Source of the DNA: Candidatus Sumerlaeota bacterium
GTDB taxonomy: Bacteria > Sumerlaeota > Sumerlaeia > JAFGJS01
DNA: 64,000 nucleotides
Reading direction: 5' to 3'
Assembly (NCBI GenBank): GCA_016928995.1
Contig: JAFGJS010000094.1
Coordinates: forward strand, 311 to 64,310
Position numbers and translations under genes: made by a program. Position 1 is the stretch's first letter. The number at the start of each line of letters is the position of its first letter. Positions 1 through 9,282 of this stretch are shown piece by piece. The notes under the pieces were generated by a model, which was not told where the DNA came from, did no database searches, and saw only the letters and a list, made by a program, of their open reading frames with translations.

Positions 1-2250
1 ATCGGAAACGTTCACGAGTTTGAAAATGATATCGCCGGTTCCGGAATCCCTGACGCAAGAGGCGGCGGCGGAACTGATCCTTGGATCGCCGTCTTCGGCG
101 AAATCGTGAATCAACTCGCCATCCAGCCAGCACGTCACTCTCTCGCCGGTGACTTCAATCTTGATGTCATACCACCGGTTGGATTCGACGTGCCCCTCGG
201 TTTGCACGCCGATCGAGCTTCGGTTGCCGTTATGCGCGACTTCGATGCAATGCCGGGTGTTGCGCCAGCCGCCGATGTTCCACCAGAAATAATTGTCGGC
301 GTCGATCGCGCCGAATCCAATCAGAAAACCTTCGGCGCCGCTGGACTTTTTGGCCCTAAGTGTCAAGACATACCCGGATTGGTCGTCCGTAAAAGCCAGC
401 CGGGAGAGCGCCGGCGATTCACTGGAGGTCTGGCAATAAACGCCGTCAACAGCTTCCCAGCGTCCTGAAAGCGGCATCCAATCTTTCGGCAGAGCCTCGT
501 CAAACGACTCCTCGATCAACGTTCCAGTCTGATTGACCAGCATCACGTCGTCGAATTGAGCCTGAGTGTCCCAGGCGCCCAGCATGATCCCGTTGACTGT
601 CCATGATTCGAGCTCCAACTCAACCTTCGTCGGCAAATAATAATCCCCCTCATTGACGCTGAAGAGCTGCTGAGCGTAATAATTCGCCGTGCGAAGGATT
701 TCCGTATTGTTGAAATAGATCAGATTGGGATTCCACTGCGTGTGGTGCTCTTTGCCCAGCATCGGGGCGTATGAGGCGAAGGGCACAATGTCGCCGTTGC
801 GCTCCAGCGATGTCATATAAGCCGCCTCGGCCAGCGCTGAGCGCAAGGTGTTCCTGCGATCTCTGTCGTGCGCGGCGTACTCGCCAAGATAAACTTTGGA
901 TTTGTCGCGGTCATAGTCGTCATAACGATTGAGCATGGCGAGAAAAACGCCCGGTCCAAGGTAATAATGCTCATCCACCATGGGAATATTCAGTTCATTG
1001 GCGAATTTCCAGCCTTCATCAAAATCACCGCCAGACGGCGCCGGACCGACGGTGCCGATGATCGTGATCTCCGGATGCTTTTCGCGCATGGCATCGTAGA
1101 TCATTTTGAATCGCTCGCGGAACTCCGGAGTTTGTTTATCCTCATTGCCGACGCCGATATATTCCAGGTTGAACGGCTCGGGGTGTCCGGCATCCGCCCG
1201 CTTGGCGCCCCAGGTTGAAGTCGCCGGACCGTTGGCGTATTCCACCAAGTCGATCACCTCCTGCACGTAATCCGGCATTTCCGCCATCGGCAAGCCCTGT
1301 TGGCCTCGATGAAAATTCTGGCAGCAAACACCGGCGGGAACGACTGGAATCGGCTTCGCTCCGATGTCCTCGCAAAACTGAAAGTACTCGAAATAGCCCA
1401 GCCCCATAGTCTGGTGATAATGCCAGATGTTGAATTGTTCCTTACGCTCTTCAATGGGACCGACCGTGTCTTTCCAGCGGTACATGTTATCGAGTCCATA
1501 GCCATGCACCAGGCAGCCTCCCGGGAAACGCATGAACTTGGGCTTCAGATCAGCGATCACCTGCGCCAGATCGGCGCGCAGGCCATTGGGACGGTTGCGG
1601 AAAGTCTTGTCCGGAAAGAGCGAAATCACATCGAGATGCAGCTCGCCCTCGCCAGACGCCAACACAACCAGACGGGCATCGCCGGCGCCCGGTACGCTTT
1701 TAATCGTGGCCTTGTATTGCGCCCAGTCCTTCGTTAATCCGGAGAATTCCGCTTCGCCAAGAAGCGCGCCGTTTCGGCCTTCCAGTCGAACGACAAGCGG
1801 CTCCGGCGATCCGCTGGCCACACGGGCGAAGAGCGAGACATTGTAATTCTCACCGGCATTCAGCGTAATGCCGTCGAAGCCGGCGTTGAGCAACCCGACT
1901 CCCGAACCGGCTTGATCAATGGTCAAAATGGCGTAATGTGGATTATTGGGATGCAAAGGACCGCTATCTCCCACCCTGACTGCGCCCTCGCCGCCGTAGC
2001 GCTTGATCAGATCCCAAGCCGTCAGCGCATGCCAGTGCCGCACTCTGGCGTCCGAATACTCAAATGAGCGGTTCTGGATCAATTCCGCGTAAAGCCCGCC
2101 GTCAGCGGCGTAATTGATGTCCTCAAAGAAAATGCCGAAGAGATCGGGGCTGATCGCCTTGCCTGGCTCGCTCACCGTGACTTTGACTGTCGCTTCCTGC
2201 GCCCATGTAGACAGCGCAACCATTGACAACATCACAATCCATTTCTTCAT
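1..2250 (-). CDS. Secreted alpha-L-arabinofuranosidase (GH51), 3'-truncated by the window edge
   Basis: Minus-strand translation from ATG 2250 (AAAGGA upstream): MKKWIVMLSMVALSTWAQ signal peptide, then ISPDLFGIFFEDINYAADGGLYAELIQNRSFEY, the typical GH51 N-terminus; later RFPGGCLVHG and YIGVGNED. No stop seen before position 1, so it is absent from the ORF track. Confidence 0.9.
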   Translation of the reverse strand, partial: MKKWIVMLSMVALSTWAQEATVKVTVSEPGKAISPDLFGIFFEDINYAADGGLYAELIQNRSFEYSDARVRHWHALTAWDLIKRYGGEGAVRVGDSGPLHPNNPHYAILTIDQAGSGVGLLNAGFDGITLNAGENYNVSLFARVASGSPEPLVVRLEGRNGALLGEAEFSGLTKDWAQYKATIKSVPGAGDARLVVLASGEGELHLDVISLFPDKTFRNRPNGLRADLAQVIADLKPKFMRFPGGCLVHGYGLDNMYRWKDTVGPIEERKEQFNIWHYHQTMGLGYFEYFQFCEDIGAKPIPVVPAGVCCQNFHRGQQGLPMAEMPDYVQEVIDLVEYANGPATSTWGAKRADAGHPEPFNLEYIGVGNEDKQTPEFRERFKMIYDAMREKHPEITIIGTVGPAPSGGDFDEGWKFANELNIPMVDEHYYLGPGVFLAMLNRYDDYDRDKSKVYLGEYAAHDRDRRNTLRSALAEAAYMTSLERNGDIVPFASYAPMLGKEHHTQWNPNLIYFNNTEILRTANYYAQQLFSVNEGDYYLPTKVELELESWTVNGIMLGAWDTQAQFDDVMLVNQTGTLIEESFDEALPKDWMPLSGRWEAVDGVYCQTSSESPALSRLAFTDDQSGYVLTLRAKKSSGAEGFLIGFGAIDADNYFWWNIGGWRNTRHCIEVAHNGNRSSIGVQTEGHVESNRWYDIKIEVTGERVTCWLDGELIHDFAEDGDPRISSAAASCVRDSGTGDIIFKLVNVSD

Positions 2251-2560
2251 TGATCTCATTCCTTTATGTTTATTTGGCGTTCAACCGCCAGGACTATACT
2301 CTCGTATCTATCCTTCGGAAATACAATGTTTTGGATTGAAACATCGATACTATCTTTCAGTCAACTCAAACATCTCGCCCGATAAACTATACTCGTGTAA
2401 AGTGTCAGCAAAAAAATGTAGTCACGCATGACAAAACGCCTGAAGGATTATCACGCCAACTTTGTCTCCGCGCTTAACGCCCTTAATGCTTGCTCCTGAT
2501 TTTTATATCGGCATAGGATCGGACTAGATGATAGTCATATAAGTTTGATTGGTTGATTTA

Positions 2561-3205
2561 ATGATTACAACTTTAATCTTCGATTTGGACGGCTTGCTCG
2601 CGGATACGGAGAAACTCCATTTTCAGGCCTACCGGGATGTCTTTGCGGAGTTGGAGCTGGAGCTGCCCGAATGCGACTACGAGGAACACTGGATCCGTGA
2701 CGGCAAGGGCATTGCCCAATACATCGAAAAGCGGCAACTGCCATTCACCGTGGAAGAGATATTTCCGAAAAAGACGCAACACTATGAGCAACTGGTGAAG
2801 GATCATGCGGAACCCATGCCCGGCGCGCTGAACGCCCTACGTGCGTTTCACGGCCGCAAGCGCCTGGCCCTGGCCACGTCGTCGTATCGATGCTCGGCGA
2901 CTGCCGTGCTGCGCGCGCTGGACATCGCGCATTACTTCGAATGCATCGCGACCAAGGAAGACGTCGAACGGTTGAAACCCTTCCCGGACATCTTCCTGCA
3001 TACTGCCAGGACTCTCGGCGCCGCGCCGGACGAGTGCCTCGTGCTGGAGGACGCCGAAAAGGGCATCCTCGCCGCGCACAACGCCGGTATGCGCAGCATC
3101 GCCATCCCCAACCGGCACACGCAACACAACGACTTCTCCAAAGCAACCCTAACCCTCGCCTCCCTCACCGAGCTCACGCCGGACTTGATTGAAACTCTGG
3201 AATAA
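2561..3205 (+). CDS. HAD-superfamily phosphatase (beta-phosphoglucomutase/CbbY-like)
   Basis: Motif I IFDLDGLLADTE, motif II LATSS, KPFPDIF, motif IV VLEDAEKGILAAHNAGM. Confidence 0.9.
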   Translation: MITTLIFDLDGLLADTEKLHFQAYRDVFAELELELPECDYEEHWIRDGKGIAQYIEKRQLPFTVEEIFPKKTQHYEQLVKDHAEPMPGALNALRAFHGRKRLALATSSYRCSATAVLRALDIAHYFECIATKEDVERLKPFPDIFLHTARTLGAAPDECLVLEDAEKGILAAHNAGMRSIAIPNRHTQHNDFSKATLTLASLTELTPDLIETLE

Positions 3206-3320
3206 AAAAAAGCGCCCGCCAAACTGTTCTTCCACGCATCGTTCGAGATAAATTTGACATGAAACCAGGATTATGATTACTTTTATTCAACATTGAATCG
3301 AATAAAGCTGAAGGTCTCGG

Positions 3321-3908
3321 ATGAATGCATTCTGGTTGTGTTTCGTTCCATTGTTTGTCGCGGTAGATGCGATCGGCGTGCTGCCGTTGTTTGTCTCGCT
3401 CACCGAGGGGATAAACAAAGCAGGAGTAAAGGCCATTATCGTACAATCGATCATCACCGCTTCGGTTGTCGCATTGGTCTTTCTTGCTTTTGGGCCGTCC
3501 CTGTTAAGGTTCCTTGGCATCTCCCTGCCTGATTTCATGATCGCCGGTGGAATTCTGTTGCTGGCAATTTCGCTCAGCGATCTCCTGACGGGCGAAAAGA
3601 GATTGCGTCAAACAGATCCAGAGAGCCTTGGCGCAGTGCCGATCGGCGTTCCTCTGATCACCGGTCCAGCCGTGCTGACAACGTGCATTCTACTGGCAGA
3701 TATTCACGGGAAACCGCTCACCTCCCTGGCGGTCGTCGTCAACATCATCCTCGCCGGCCTGATCTTCTCATATTCCGATTCGATCACGAATTTCCTGGGA
3801 CGCACGGGGACGAAGACGATTTCCAAAATCGCCAGCATGCTGTTGGCCGCCATCGCAGTGATGTTGATTCGACGAGGCATTATTGATCTGCTGCCTTTGG
3901 CGCAATGA
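3321..3908 (+). CDS. MarC family integral membrane protein
   Basis: FVPLFVAVDAIGVLPLF, FMIAGGILL and AVPIGVPLITGPAVLT motifs; about 6 TM helices; 195 aa. Confidence 0.9.
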   Translation: MNAFWLCFVPLFVAVDAIGVLPLFVSLTEGINKAGVKAIIVQSIITASVVALVFLAFGPSLLRFLGISLPDFMIAGGILLLAISLSDLLTGEKRLRQTDPESLGAVPIGVPLITGPAVLTTCILLADIHGKPLTSLAVVVNIILAGLIFSYSDSITNFLGRTGTKTISKIASMLLAAIAVMLIRRGIIDLLPLAQ

Positions 3909-3964
3909 TAGCTTTTCGAAAATCGCCTTTTCCTCCTCGTGGCGATCAACGTGAAGATTTTTGA

Positions 3965-4462
3965 ATGAACATCACAATTCAAACGATGGATTCTCAAAAC
4001 GCTGCTGCAGTCAGCAGACTGTTAGCCGCGTGTTATGTCTTTTTGGCTGAACGGCAGGGCTTCTCCGATGCGCAGCTGCGGCGATTGCTGAATGAACGGG
4101 CGGCTGAAAATCAAATTCAAAAGTCCAGCCAGGAGTATGAACGGTTCGTGGCCGTGACGGGTGGCGAAATTGCTGGTTTCGTCGGCGTCGAAGGCAACGA
4201 AGTGGCCGAGCTGTTCGTCGCGCCGGAGCGCCAGGGCCAGGGTGTCGGCCGACGGCTGTTCCATCACGCCGAATGGCTGATTTCATCACGAGGACATCGC
4301 ACCCTCACCGTCCACACAACGGGCTACGCCATTCCATTCTACCTGGCCATGGGCATGCACATCGTGGCGGAGATGCCGTGCTCCTACGGCCCTCTCGAAG
4401 GATGGACGCTCACCTATCTCGAAAAGGCGCTCAGTGAACCGGCTGCCAGCGACACCGAATAG
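3965..4462 (+). CDS. GNAT family N-acetyltransferase
   Basis: LFVAPERQGQGVGRRL acetyl-CoA-binding motif A and AIPFYLAMG motif B. Confidence 0.85.
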   Translation: MNITIQTMDSQNAAAVSRLLAACYVFLAERQGFSDAQLRRLLNERAAENQIQKSSQEYERFVAVTGGEIAGFVGVEGNEVAELFVAPERQGQGVGRRLFHHAEWLISSRGHRTLTVHTTGYAIPFYLAMGMHIVAEMPCSYGPLEGWTLTYLEKALSEPAASDTE

Positions 4463-4582
4463 CCGCCATCATGGCGTTCACGCGAAATTCCCCTGGAAGT
4501 TTTGCTTGCCGATGGTGAATGAGAGGGCTATCGTTCCGCCAGATTGACCAAAAACGCTAAAATCCGATCAGGAGACAGGACA

Positions 4583-5326
4583 ATGCATAAGTTAGTGTTG
4601 CTCCGGCATGGCCAGAGCGAATGGAACCTGGAAAACCGCTTCACGGGCTGGCATGACTGCGATTTGACCGAGCAAGGACGCACCGAAGCGGCGAACGCTG
4701 GAAAATTGCTGAAGGACGAGGGCTATCAGTTCGACCTGGTCTATACGTCCGTGCTGAAGCGCGCGATCCGCACGATGTGGCTGGCGCTGGACCAACTGGA
4801 CCAGATGTGGTTGCCCGTGATCCGCAACTGGCGGCTGAACGAGCGCCACTACGGCGGACTGACCGGCCTGAACAAAGCCGAAACAGCCGCGAAACATGGC
4901 GAAGAGCAGGTGCTGATCTGGCGCCGCAGCTACGACGTGCCGCCGCCGCCGCTGGATGAATCGAGCGAGTATTATCCCGGCAAGCTCCGGCGCTACGCCG
5001 GGCTGACCAAGGCGCAATTGCCGCTGACCGAAAGCCTGAAGGAAACCGTGGCGCGCTTCGTGCCATACTGGGAAGTGGAGATCCTGCCGCAAGTCAAGGC
5101 GGGCAAGAACGTGCTGATCGTGGCGCATGGCAACAGCCTGCGCGCGCTGGTGAAGCACCTCGACCAGATGAGCGAAGAGGCGATCCTCAAGCTGAACATC
5201 CCGACGGGCGTGCCGCTGGTGTACGAGTTGGACGACGACCTGCAGCCGGTCAAGCACTACTACCTCGGCGACCAGGAAGCCATCGCCAAAGCCGCCGCCG
5301 CCGTCGCCAACCAAGGCAAGGCGTAA
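4583..5326 (+). CDS. gpmA: 2,3-bisphosphoglycerate-dependent phosphoglycerate mutase
   Basis: [56 protein letters not shown] at 4583 follows AGGAGACAGGA. Confidence 0.97.
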   Translation: MHKLVLLRHGQSEWNLENRFTGWHDCDLTEQGRTEAANAGKLLKDEGYQFDLVYTSVLKRAIRTMWLALDQLDQMWLPVIRNWRLNERHYGGLTGLNKAETAAKHGEEQVLIWRRSYDVPPPPLDESSEYYPGKLRRYAGLTKAQLPLTESLKETVARFVPYWEVEILPQVKAGKNVLIVAHGNSLRALVKHLDQMSEEAILKLNIPTGVPLVYELDDDLQPVKHYYLGDQEAIAKAAAAVANQGKA

Positions 5327-5385
5327 GATGTGTAGATGAAAAGATTGGGATGCGTAGAAACCTCTCATCCCTTAAATATTTAATG

Positions 5386-5422
5386 CTGAATCGCCGCAAC
5401 ATAGTTGCGGCGATTCAGTTTT
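5386..5422. terminator. Perfect 15-bp stem hairpin, likely intrinsic terminator between convergent gpmA and the leftward operon
   Basis: CTGAATCGCCGCAAC-ATA-GTTGCGGCGATTCAG followed by TTTT. Confidence 0.7.
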
Positions 5423-5447
5423 CAATGAGATATATAATAGTATTTAT

Positions 5448-5810
5448 TTACGGTATATCTTCCCATAAAATTGATTGGCTTTTACTACTCGCCTTGTCGT
5501 CGACGAACAGAAGAAAACTTAAATGCTTCAATTCATCCGGACTCAATCGATCAATTAATACATGCTTGATGTGAATAGCATCTTCCCGGCTTGCAACATG
5601 TCCGCCGAGATGGGTCGAATATGAAGTATCGTTTGCAGATACAATTCTATCTCTAATTTGAACATCTTCGCTGTCAAGTATTGTGAAAATTTTGCGTTGC
5701 AATCGTCTGGAATCGACTGGTTCTTTTAGTTCCTTAAACAACAGGCCAAATGCAACTATTGCTAAAACAATAGTAAAGATCGTTTTGCCAATCCACATGA
5801 CGGTTTTCAT
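5448..5810 (-). CDS. Hypothetical AT-rich protein with an N-terminal TM/signal anchor
   Basis: 120-aa ORF, AAGGGA upstream, hydrophobic N-terminus (IFTIVLAIVAFGLLF), markedly more AT-rich than flanking genes. Confidence 0.6.
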   Translation of the reverse strand: MKTVMWIGKTIFTIVLAIVAFGLLFKELKEPVDSRRLQRKIFTILDSEDVQIRDRIVSANDTSYSTHLGGHVASREDAIHIKHVLIDRLSPDELKHLSFLLFVDDKASSKSQSILWEDIP

Positions 5811-5831
5811 TTTTTAGTCCCTTGATCAATC

Positions 5832-5860
5832 CTCTGCGTCTCTGCGTCTCTGCGTTAAAT
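5832..5860. repeat. Single arm of the 8-bp-period repeat family, (CTCTGCGT)x3-TAA
   Basis: CTCTGCGT CTCTGCGT CTCTGCGT TAAAT, directly downstream of the NHL gene stop on the minus strand. Confidence 0.85.
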
Positions 5861-5863
5861 CGG

Positions 5864-6901
5864 TTAAAAAATCTGCACACGGTGGTTGTTCGTGTCGGCG
5901 ATGACGAGCTTGCCTTTCGGCGTCACGGCGACGCCCCAGGGACCGGTGAATTGGCCCGGACCATGGCCGAAGCCGCCCCACAGGCCGATGGAATTCCCCG
6001 CTTGGTCGAACGCCTGAATGCGGTTGTTGCCGTATTCGCACACGAAAATCCGCCCCTGTGAATCGACGGCGATGTCATAAGGGAATTTCATCTCCCCCGT
6101 CTGCTGGCCCAGTCCGCCAAAGGCCAGCAGGAACTTGCCGTCCATGTCGAACGCCTGGATGCGGTGATTGCTGGAGTCCGCGACATAGATGCGGCCGGCG
6201 CCGAGAGTGATGGACATCGGGCGATGAAACTGCCCCGGCGCGTCGCCCATGCGGCCCCATTGCTTGATGAACGTTCCGTCCGGTCCGTACTTCAGCACGC
6301 GGTCCCAGGTCAGCTCGCCGTATTCCGTGACGTAGAAGTTGCCGTCGTCGTCGCGTACTACGTCGGTGGGGTAAACCATGCCGCCGTTCTCATAGCCGTA
6401 CTCGCCGAACTGCATGATTTTTTCGCCCGCAAGGTTGTACATCAGGATGCGATTGTAATGCGTGTCGGCCATGACCAGATTGTCGTCCTTGTCGAATGAG
6501 CAGCCGGTCGGCGTGCCCTTGGTGAACTCAGGGAGTTGCCAGATTTTCAGCAGTTTGCCCTCGGCGTTGAAAATCTGCACATTGCCCGCGCGGTCAATCA
6601 CGGCGATGCGATTTCCCTTCGCGTTGATCGCGATAGCGCGCGGCTTGACGAACAGACCGTTGTCATTGCCCCGACCGCCGATGATCAGCGAAGGCTGCTT
6701 GACCGGTAAATGATTGACGTTGCATCCCGCGAGCCAAAGACTGAAAAGCAGAACGATCAAGATAAAAAGAAGTATGAAAACGATAAAACGAAAACTGAAC
6801 GCTGGTCTGCTCTCGTCGCGGTTTTCGCGCAATCTTTTCTGCGCGTCAGGCTGCTGACGTTTCTTTTTTGAAAGCGCAGATGCCACTATGAACCAATTCA
6901 T
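5864..6901 (-). CDS. NHL-repeat (6-bladed beta-propeller) protein, probable lipoprotein or membrane-anchored
   Basis: Repeated G-x-F-x-x-P-x-x-I/V...IYVADSSNHRIQAF units; hydrophobic stretch ending in LAGC. Exact start uncertain. Confidence 0.85.
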   Translation of the reverse strand: MNWFIVASALSKKKRQQPDAQKRLRENRDESRPAFSFRFIVFILLFILIVLLFSLWLAGCNVNHLPVKQPSLIIGGRGNDNGLFVKPRAIAINAKGNRIAVIDRAGNVQIFNAEGKLLKIWQLPEFTKGTPTGCSFDKDDNLVMADTHYNRILMYNLAGEKIMQFGEYGYENGGMVYPTDVVRDDDGNFYVTEYGELTWDRVLKYGPDGTFIKQWGRMGDAPGQFHRPMSITLGAGRIYVADSSNHRIQAFDMDGKFLLAFGGLGQQTGEMKFPYDIAVDSQGRIFVCEYGNNRIQAFDQAGNSIGLWGGFGHGPGQFTGPWGVAVTPKGKLVIADTNNHRVQIF

Positions 6902-6959
6902 CGGATGTTCAGCCCTCGTATGGATATTACATTTTTAACATTCATTTTTAATTTGAGTT

Positions 6960-6983
6960 CTCTGCGTCTCCGCGCCTCTGCGT
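6960..6983. repeat. Single arm of the 8-bp-period repeat family
   Basis: CTCTGCGT CTCCGCGC CTCTGCGT, 11 nt downstream of the AAA ATPase stop on the minus strand. Confidence 0.8.
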
Positions 6984-6994
6984 GAGACATTTTA

Positions 6995-8800
6995 TCATCG
7001 GACGCCCTGCTCCTCGAGATGGCGGATTTCCTCGGCCCAGCGTTGGCGCGCGGATTCGTCGATCTCCGGCTCGGGCAACAGGCTGCGGCGTGTGCAGTTC
7101 ACCAGCGCCTGCAGCGTCTGGTAGCGGCGCGTGTCGCTGATCGCGGGCGGCAGATGGTCTTCAACGACCTTGAGCGCACCCTCAAATTCGAGCGCGCCGC
7201 CCTTGGCTTTGGCCAGCAACTCGGAACGCAACGACGCAAAACTCGCGCTGGAAGCGTTGGGCAACGCCTCGCTAAGCCGGGAGATTTCCTCCGGTTGCGG
7301 CGCGCGTCCGAGCGCCTTTTCCACCGCCCAGATAATGAACTCGCGGCGGTCCTCGCCCTCGGGATCGAGCACGGGAACAATCAGATCGCCCACGCGGCCG
7401 GGACGGCGGATGTCAGGCGAGAGCAGGTGGATGCGCGCGGTCATCAGCAGCCAGATCACGCGGCCGCGCAGTTGTGGATCGCTCATCATCGCCTGCACCT
7501 TGCCAGTCAGGCGGCGCTCCGTGGAGTGCGCATCGGCGCCCACTCCGCCGAGCTGCGTGTCCGCCTCATCGAGAAAGATCACGACCTTGTCGAGCGCCTG
7601 CAGCACACGGCGCAGGCGCTCGAAAATCACGTCGGTCTGGCCGTACCACTGGCTGCGGATGTTCTTCAACACGAGCACGACCATGTCCAGTTCGCCGGCC
7701 ACGGCTTCGAAAATGTACGTCTTGCCGCCGCCGATGGGGCCGCCGACCGCCGCGCCCGGCAGCGCATCCGGACCGGCGGACTTGAATCGCGGAATCATCT
7801 CTTCGCGCAGGAATTGCTTCAACTTGCCGAAGCCGATCAGGTCGTCGAGCGAATGCGTTGGCTTTTTGAATTCCACAATGTCGTCGCCGAGCTGCGCTTG
7901 AATGAAGTCTTCGACCTTGGCGATCACGTCATCGAGTTCCAGCGGCCGGTCTTGATACGCCGCGCCCTTGAGCAGCTGCATCAGCGCATGCAGCGACAGC
8001 CCGGCGGTGTAGCGCACGAGATCGTCCTGCGTGCTCCAGAATTTCAGGCGGCCTTCGGCGTCGTGCGCGCGGTAAAACCACTCGATAAAACGGCGGCGCG
8101 CGTCGGCGTCCGGCGCGGGGATGTCCGCTTGCAGCAGCTGCGGCAGCCGCGCCACGCGCTGGTTGAGCTGGCTGCGTGATTCGGCGATCATCACGACGCT
8201 GTCCTGCGCGTTCATGAAGCCCGGATCGCTGAACCAGTCGTGGCAGATGCTCACGCGATGCCGGTCGGCTTCGGATAGGCGGCTGATCTCCCCTTCCGGG
8301 ATGATCATGTCCGCGCCTTCGATCAGAATCAGCAGGTTCTCGCGCAGCATCGGTTCGCCGTTGATCACGGTGCGCGAGCACATGCACATCTGGCGCAGCG
8401 TTTCGAGCGCGACGGTGGGCATGCCGATGGCTTTTTGCAGATTGGCGTCAAAGGACTGGCTCAGCGCGTCGAGCTCGGCTTTCATGCGCTGCTGTTCGAG
8501 CATCTTCTTGATCGCGAGTTCGTTGGAATCCATGCCCGTGCGCCAGCGCAGCCAGGCCTCGCGGAGCTTGTCGCGGTCGGCTTCGCGCACGAAACGGATC
8601 GGGCCGTTGAGTTCGTAAACGACCGGAATCACGCCGTCGAGGGTCCATTTCGCCGCGAGCAATTCGATCAACGGCGTGTAGTCGTCGCGCTCCTCGCAGA
8701 AAAAAAGGTCATGGATCGCGCCGCACAGCAGCAGCGAGCGCGTCTGGCCGGAATTCAGAATCCGCCCCGCCTGCCGCCAGAATTCCAGGTTATCCGTCAT
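6995..8800 (-). CDS. Classical-clade AAA+ ATPase with a degenerate N-terminal AAA-like domain and an active C-terminal domain
   Basis: Walker A GPIGGGKT, pore loop RSQWYGQTD, Walker B VIFLDEAD, second region of homology LSPDIRRPGR. N-terminal half has degenerate motifs (LLLCGAIHD, LILIEGAD). ATG 8800 lies 9 nt after GGAG. Confidence 0.88.
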   Translation of the reverse strand: MTDNLEFWRQAGRILNSGQTRSLLLCGAIHDLFFCEERDDYTPLIELLAAKWTLDGVIPVVYELNGPIRFVREADRDKLREAWLRWRTGMDSNELAIKKMLEQQRMKAELDALSQSFDANLQKAIGMPTVALETLRQMCMCSRTVINGEPMLRENLLILIEGADMIIPEGEISRLSEADRHRVSICHDWFSDPGFMNAQDSVVMIAESRSQLNQRVARLPQLLQADIPAPDADARRRFIEWFYRAHDAEGRLKFWSTQDDLVRYTAGLSLHALMQLLKGAAYQDRPLELDDVIAKVEDFIQAQLGDDIVEFKKPTHSLDDLIGFGKLKQFLREEMIPRFKSAGPDALPGAAVGGPIGGGKTYIFEAVAGELDMVVLVLKNIRSQWYGQTDVIFERLRRVLQALDKVVIFLDEADTQLGGVGADAHSTERRLTGKVQAMMSDPQLRGRVIWLLMTARIHLLSPDIRRPGRVGDLIVPVLDPEGEDRREFIIWAVEKALGRAPQPEEISRLSEALPNASSASFASLRSELLAKAKGGALEFEGALKVVEDHLPPAISDTRRYQTLQALVNCTRRSLLPEPEIDESARQRWAEEIRHLEEQGVR

Positions 8801-8820
8801 AATGCGCAACTCCGAAAACC

Positions 8821-9278
8821 TTTTTTTTTAACGCAGAGACGCGGAGACACAGAGGTCTTACTCCTGCAATTGGTTGACGACGCGATAAATACCGTCCTTT
8901 AAAGCCTTTTCGCCAAAATTAAGGATCAAACCCAATTGAAGTTTGGATAGGCGCAAATAAGTAAGCAATTGGGCCTTGAAAATATTATTAAACTCTGAAG
9001 TTGCCTTGCATTCAACAATGACTCTATCCTCAACAAGCAAATCGATACGGTATTTCGACTGTGTGGATTTGTTTTTATAAATCACCGGCAATTCTAATTG
9101 CCGAACAACCTTCATACCGCGTTCATGCAATTCCATAACCAGACATTCTTCATATACACTCTCCAGCAATCCTGGACCGCCTAAAGTTCTATGCACTTCA
9201 ATCGCAGAGCCAATGATGACATCGGTAATTTGATTCAGTTCCATTTATCTGCGTCTCCGCGTCTCTGCGTTAAAAAAA
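8821..9278. mobile_element. GxxExxY nuclease cassette bounded by ~30-bp inverted arms, inserted between the pspA-like and AAA ATPase genes
   Basis: Left arm TTTTTTTTTA-ACGCAGAG ACGCGGAG ACACAGAG (8821-8854); right arm ATCTGCGT CTCCGCGT CTCTGCGT-TAAAAAAA (9247-9278). The AT-rich CDS fills almost all the space between them. Mobility is inferred. Confidence 0.6.
8858..9244 (-). CDS. GxxExxY protein (PD-(D/E)XK nuclease superfamily)
   Basis: NQITDVIIGSAIEVHRTLGGPGLLESVYEECL (GxxExxY), YRIDLLVEDRVIVECKA (D...ExK), AQLLTYLRLSKLQLGLILNFG; 128 aa. Confidence 0.95.
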   Translation of the reverse strand: MELNQITDVIIGSAIEVHRTLGGPGLLESVYEECLVMELHERGMKVVRQLELPVIYKNKSTQSKYRIDLLVEDRVIVECKATSEFNNIFKAQLLTYLRLSKLQLGLILNFGEKALKDGIYRVVNQLQE

Positions 9279-9282
9279 TCGG

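Noticed and set aside
8821-9278. Classical IS element
   Set aside because: No DDE, HUH or serine transposase motifs and no target-site duplication; the enclosed gene is a GxxExxY protein.
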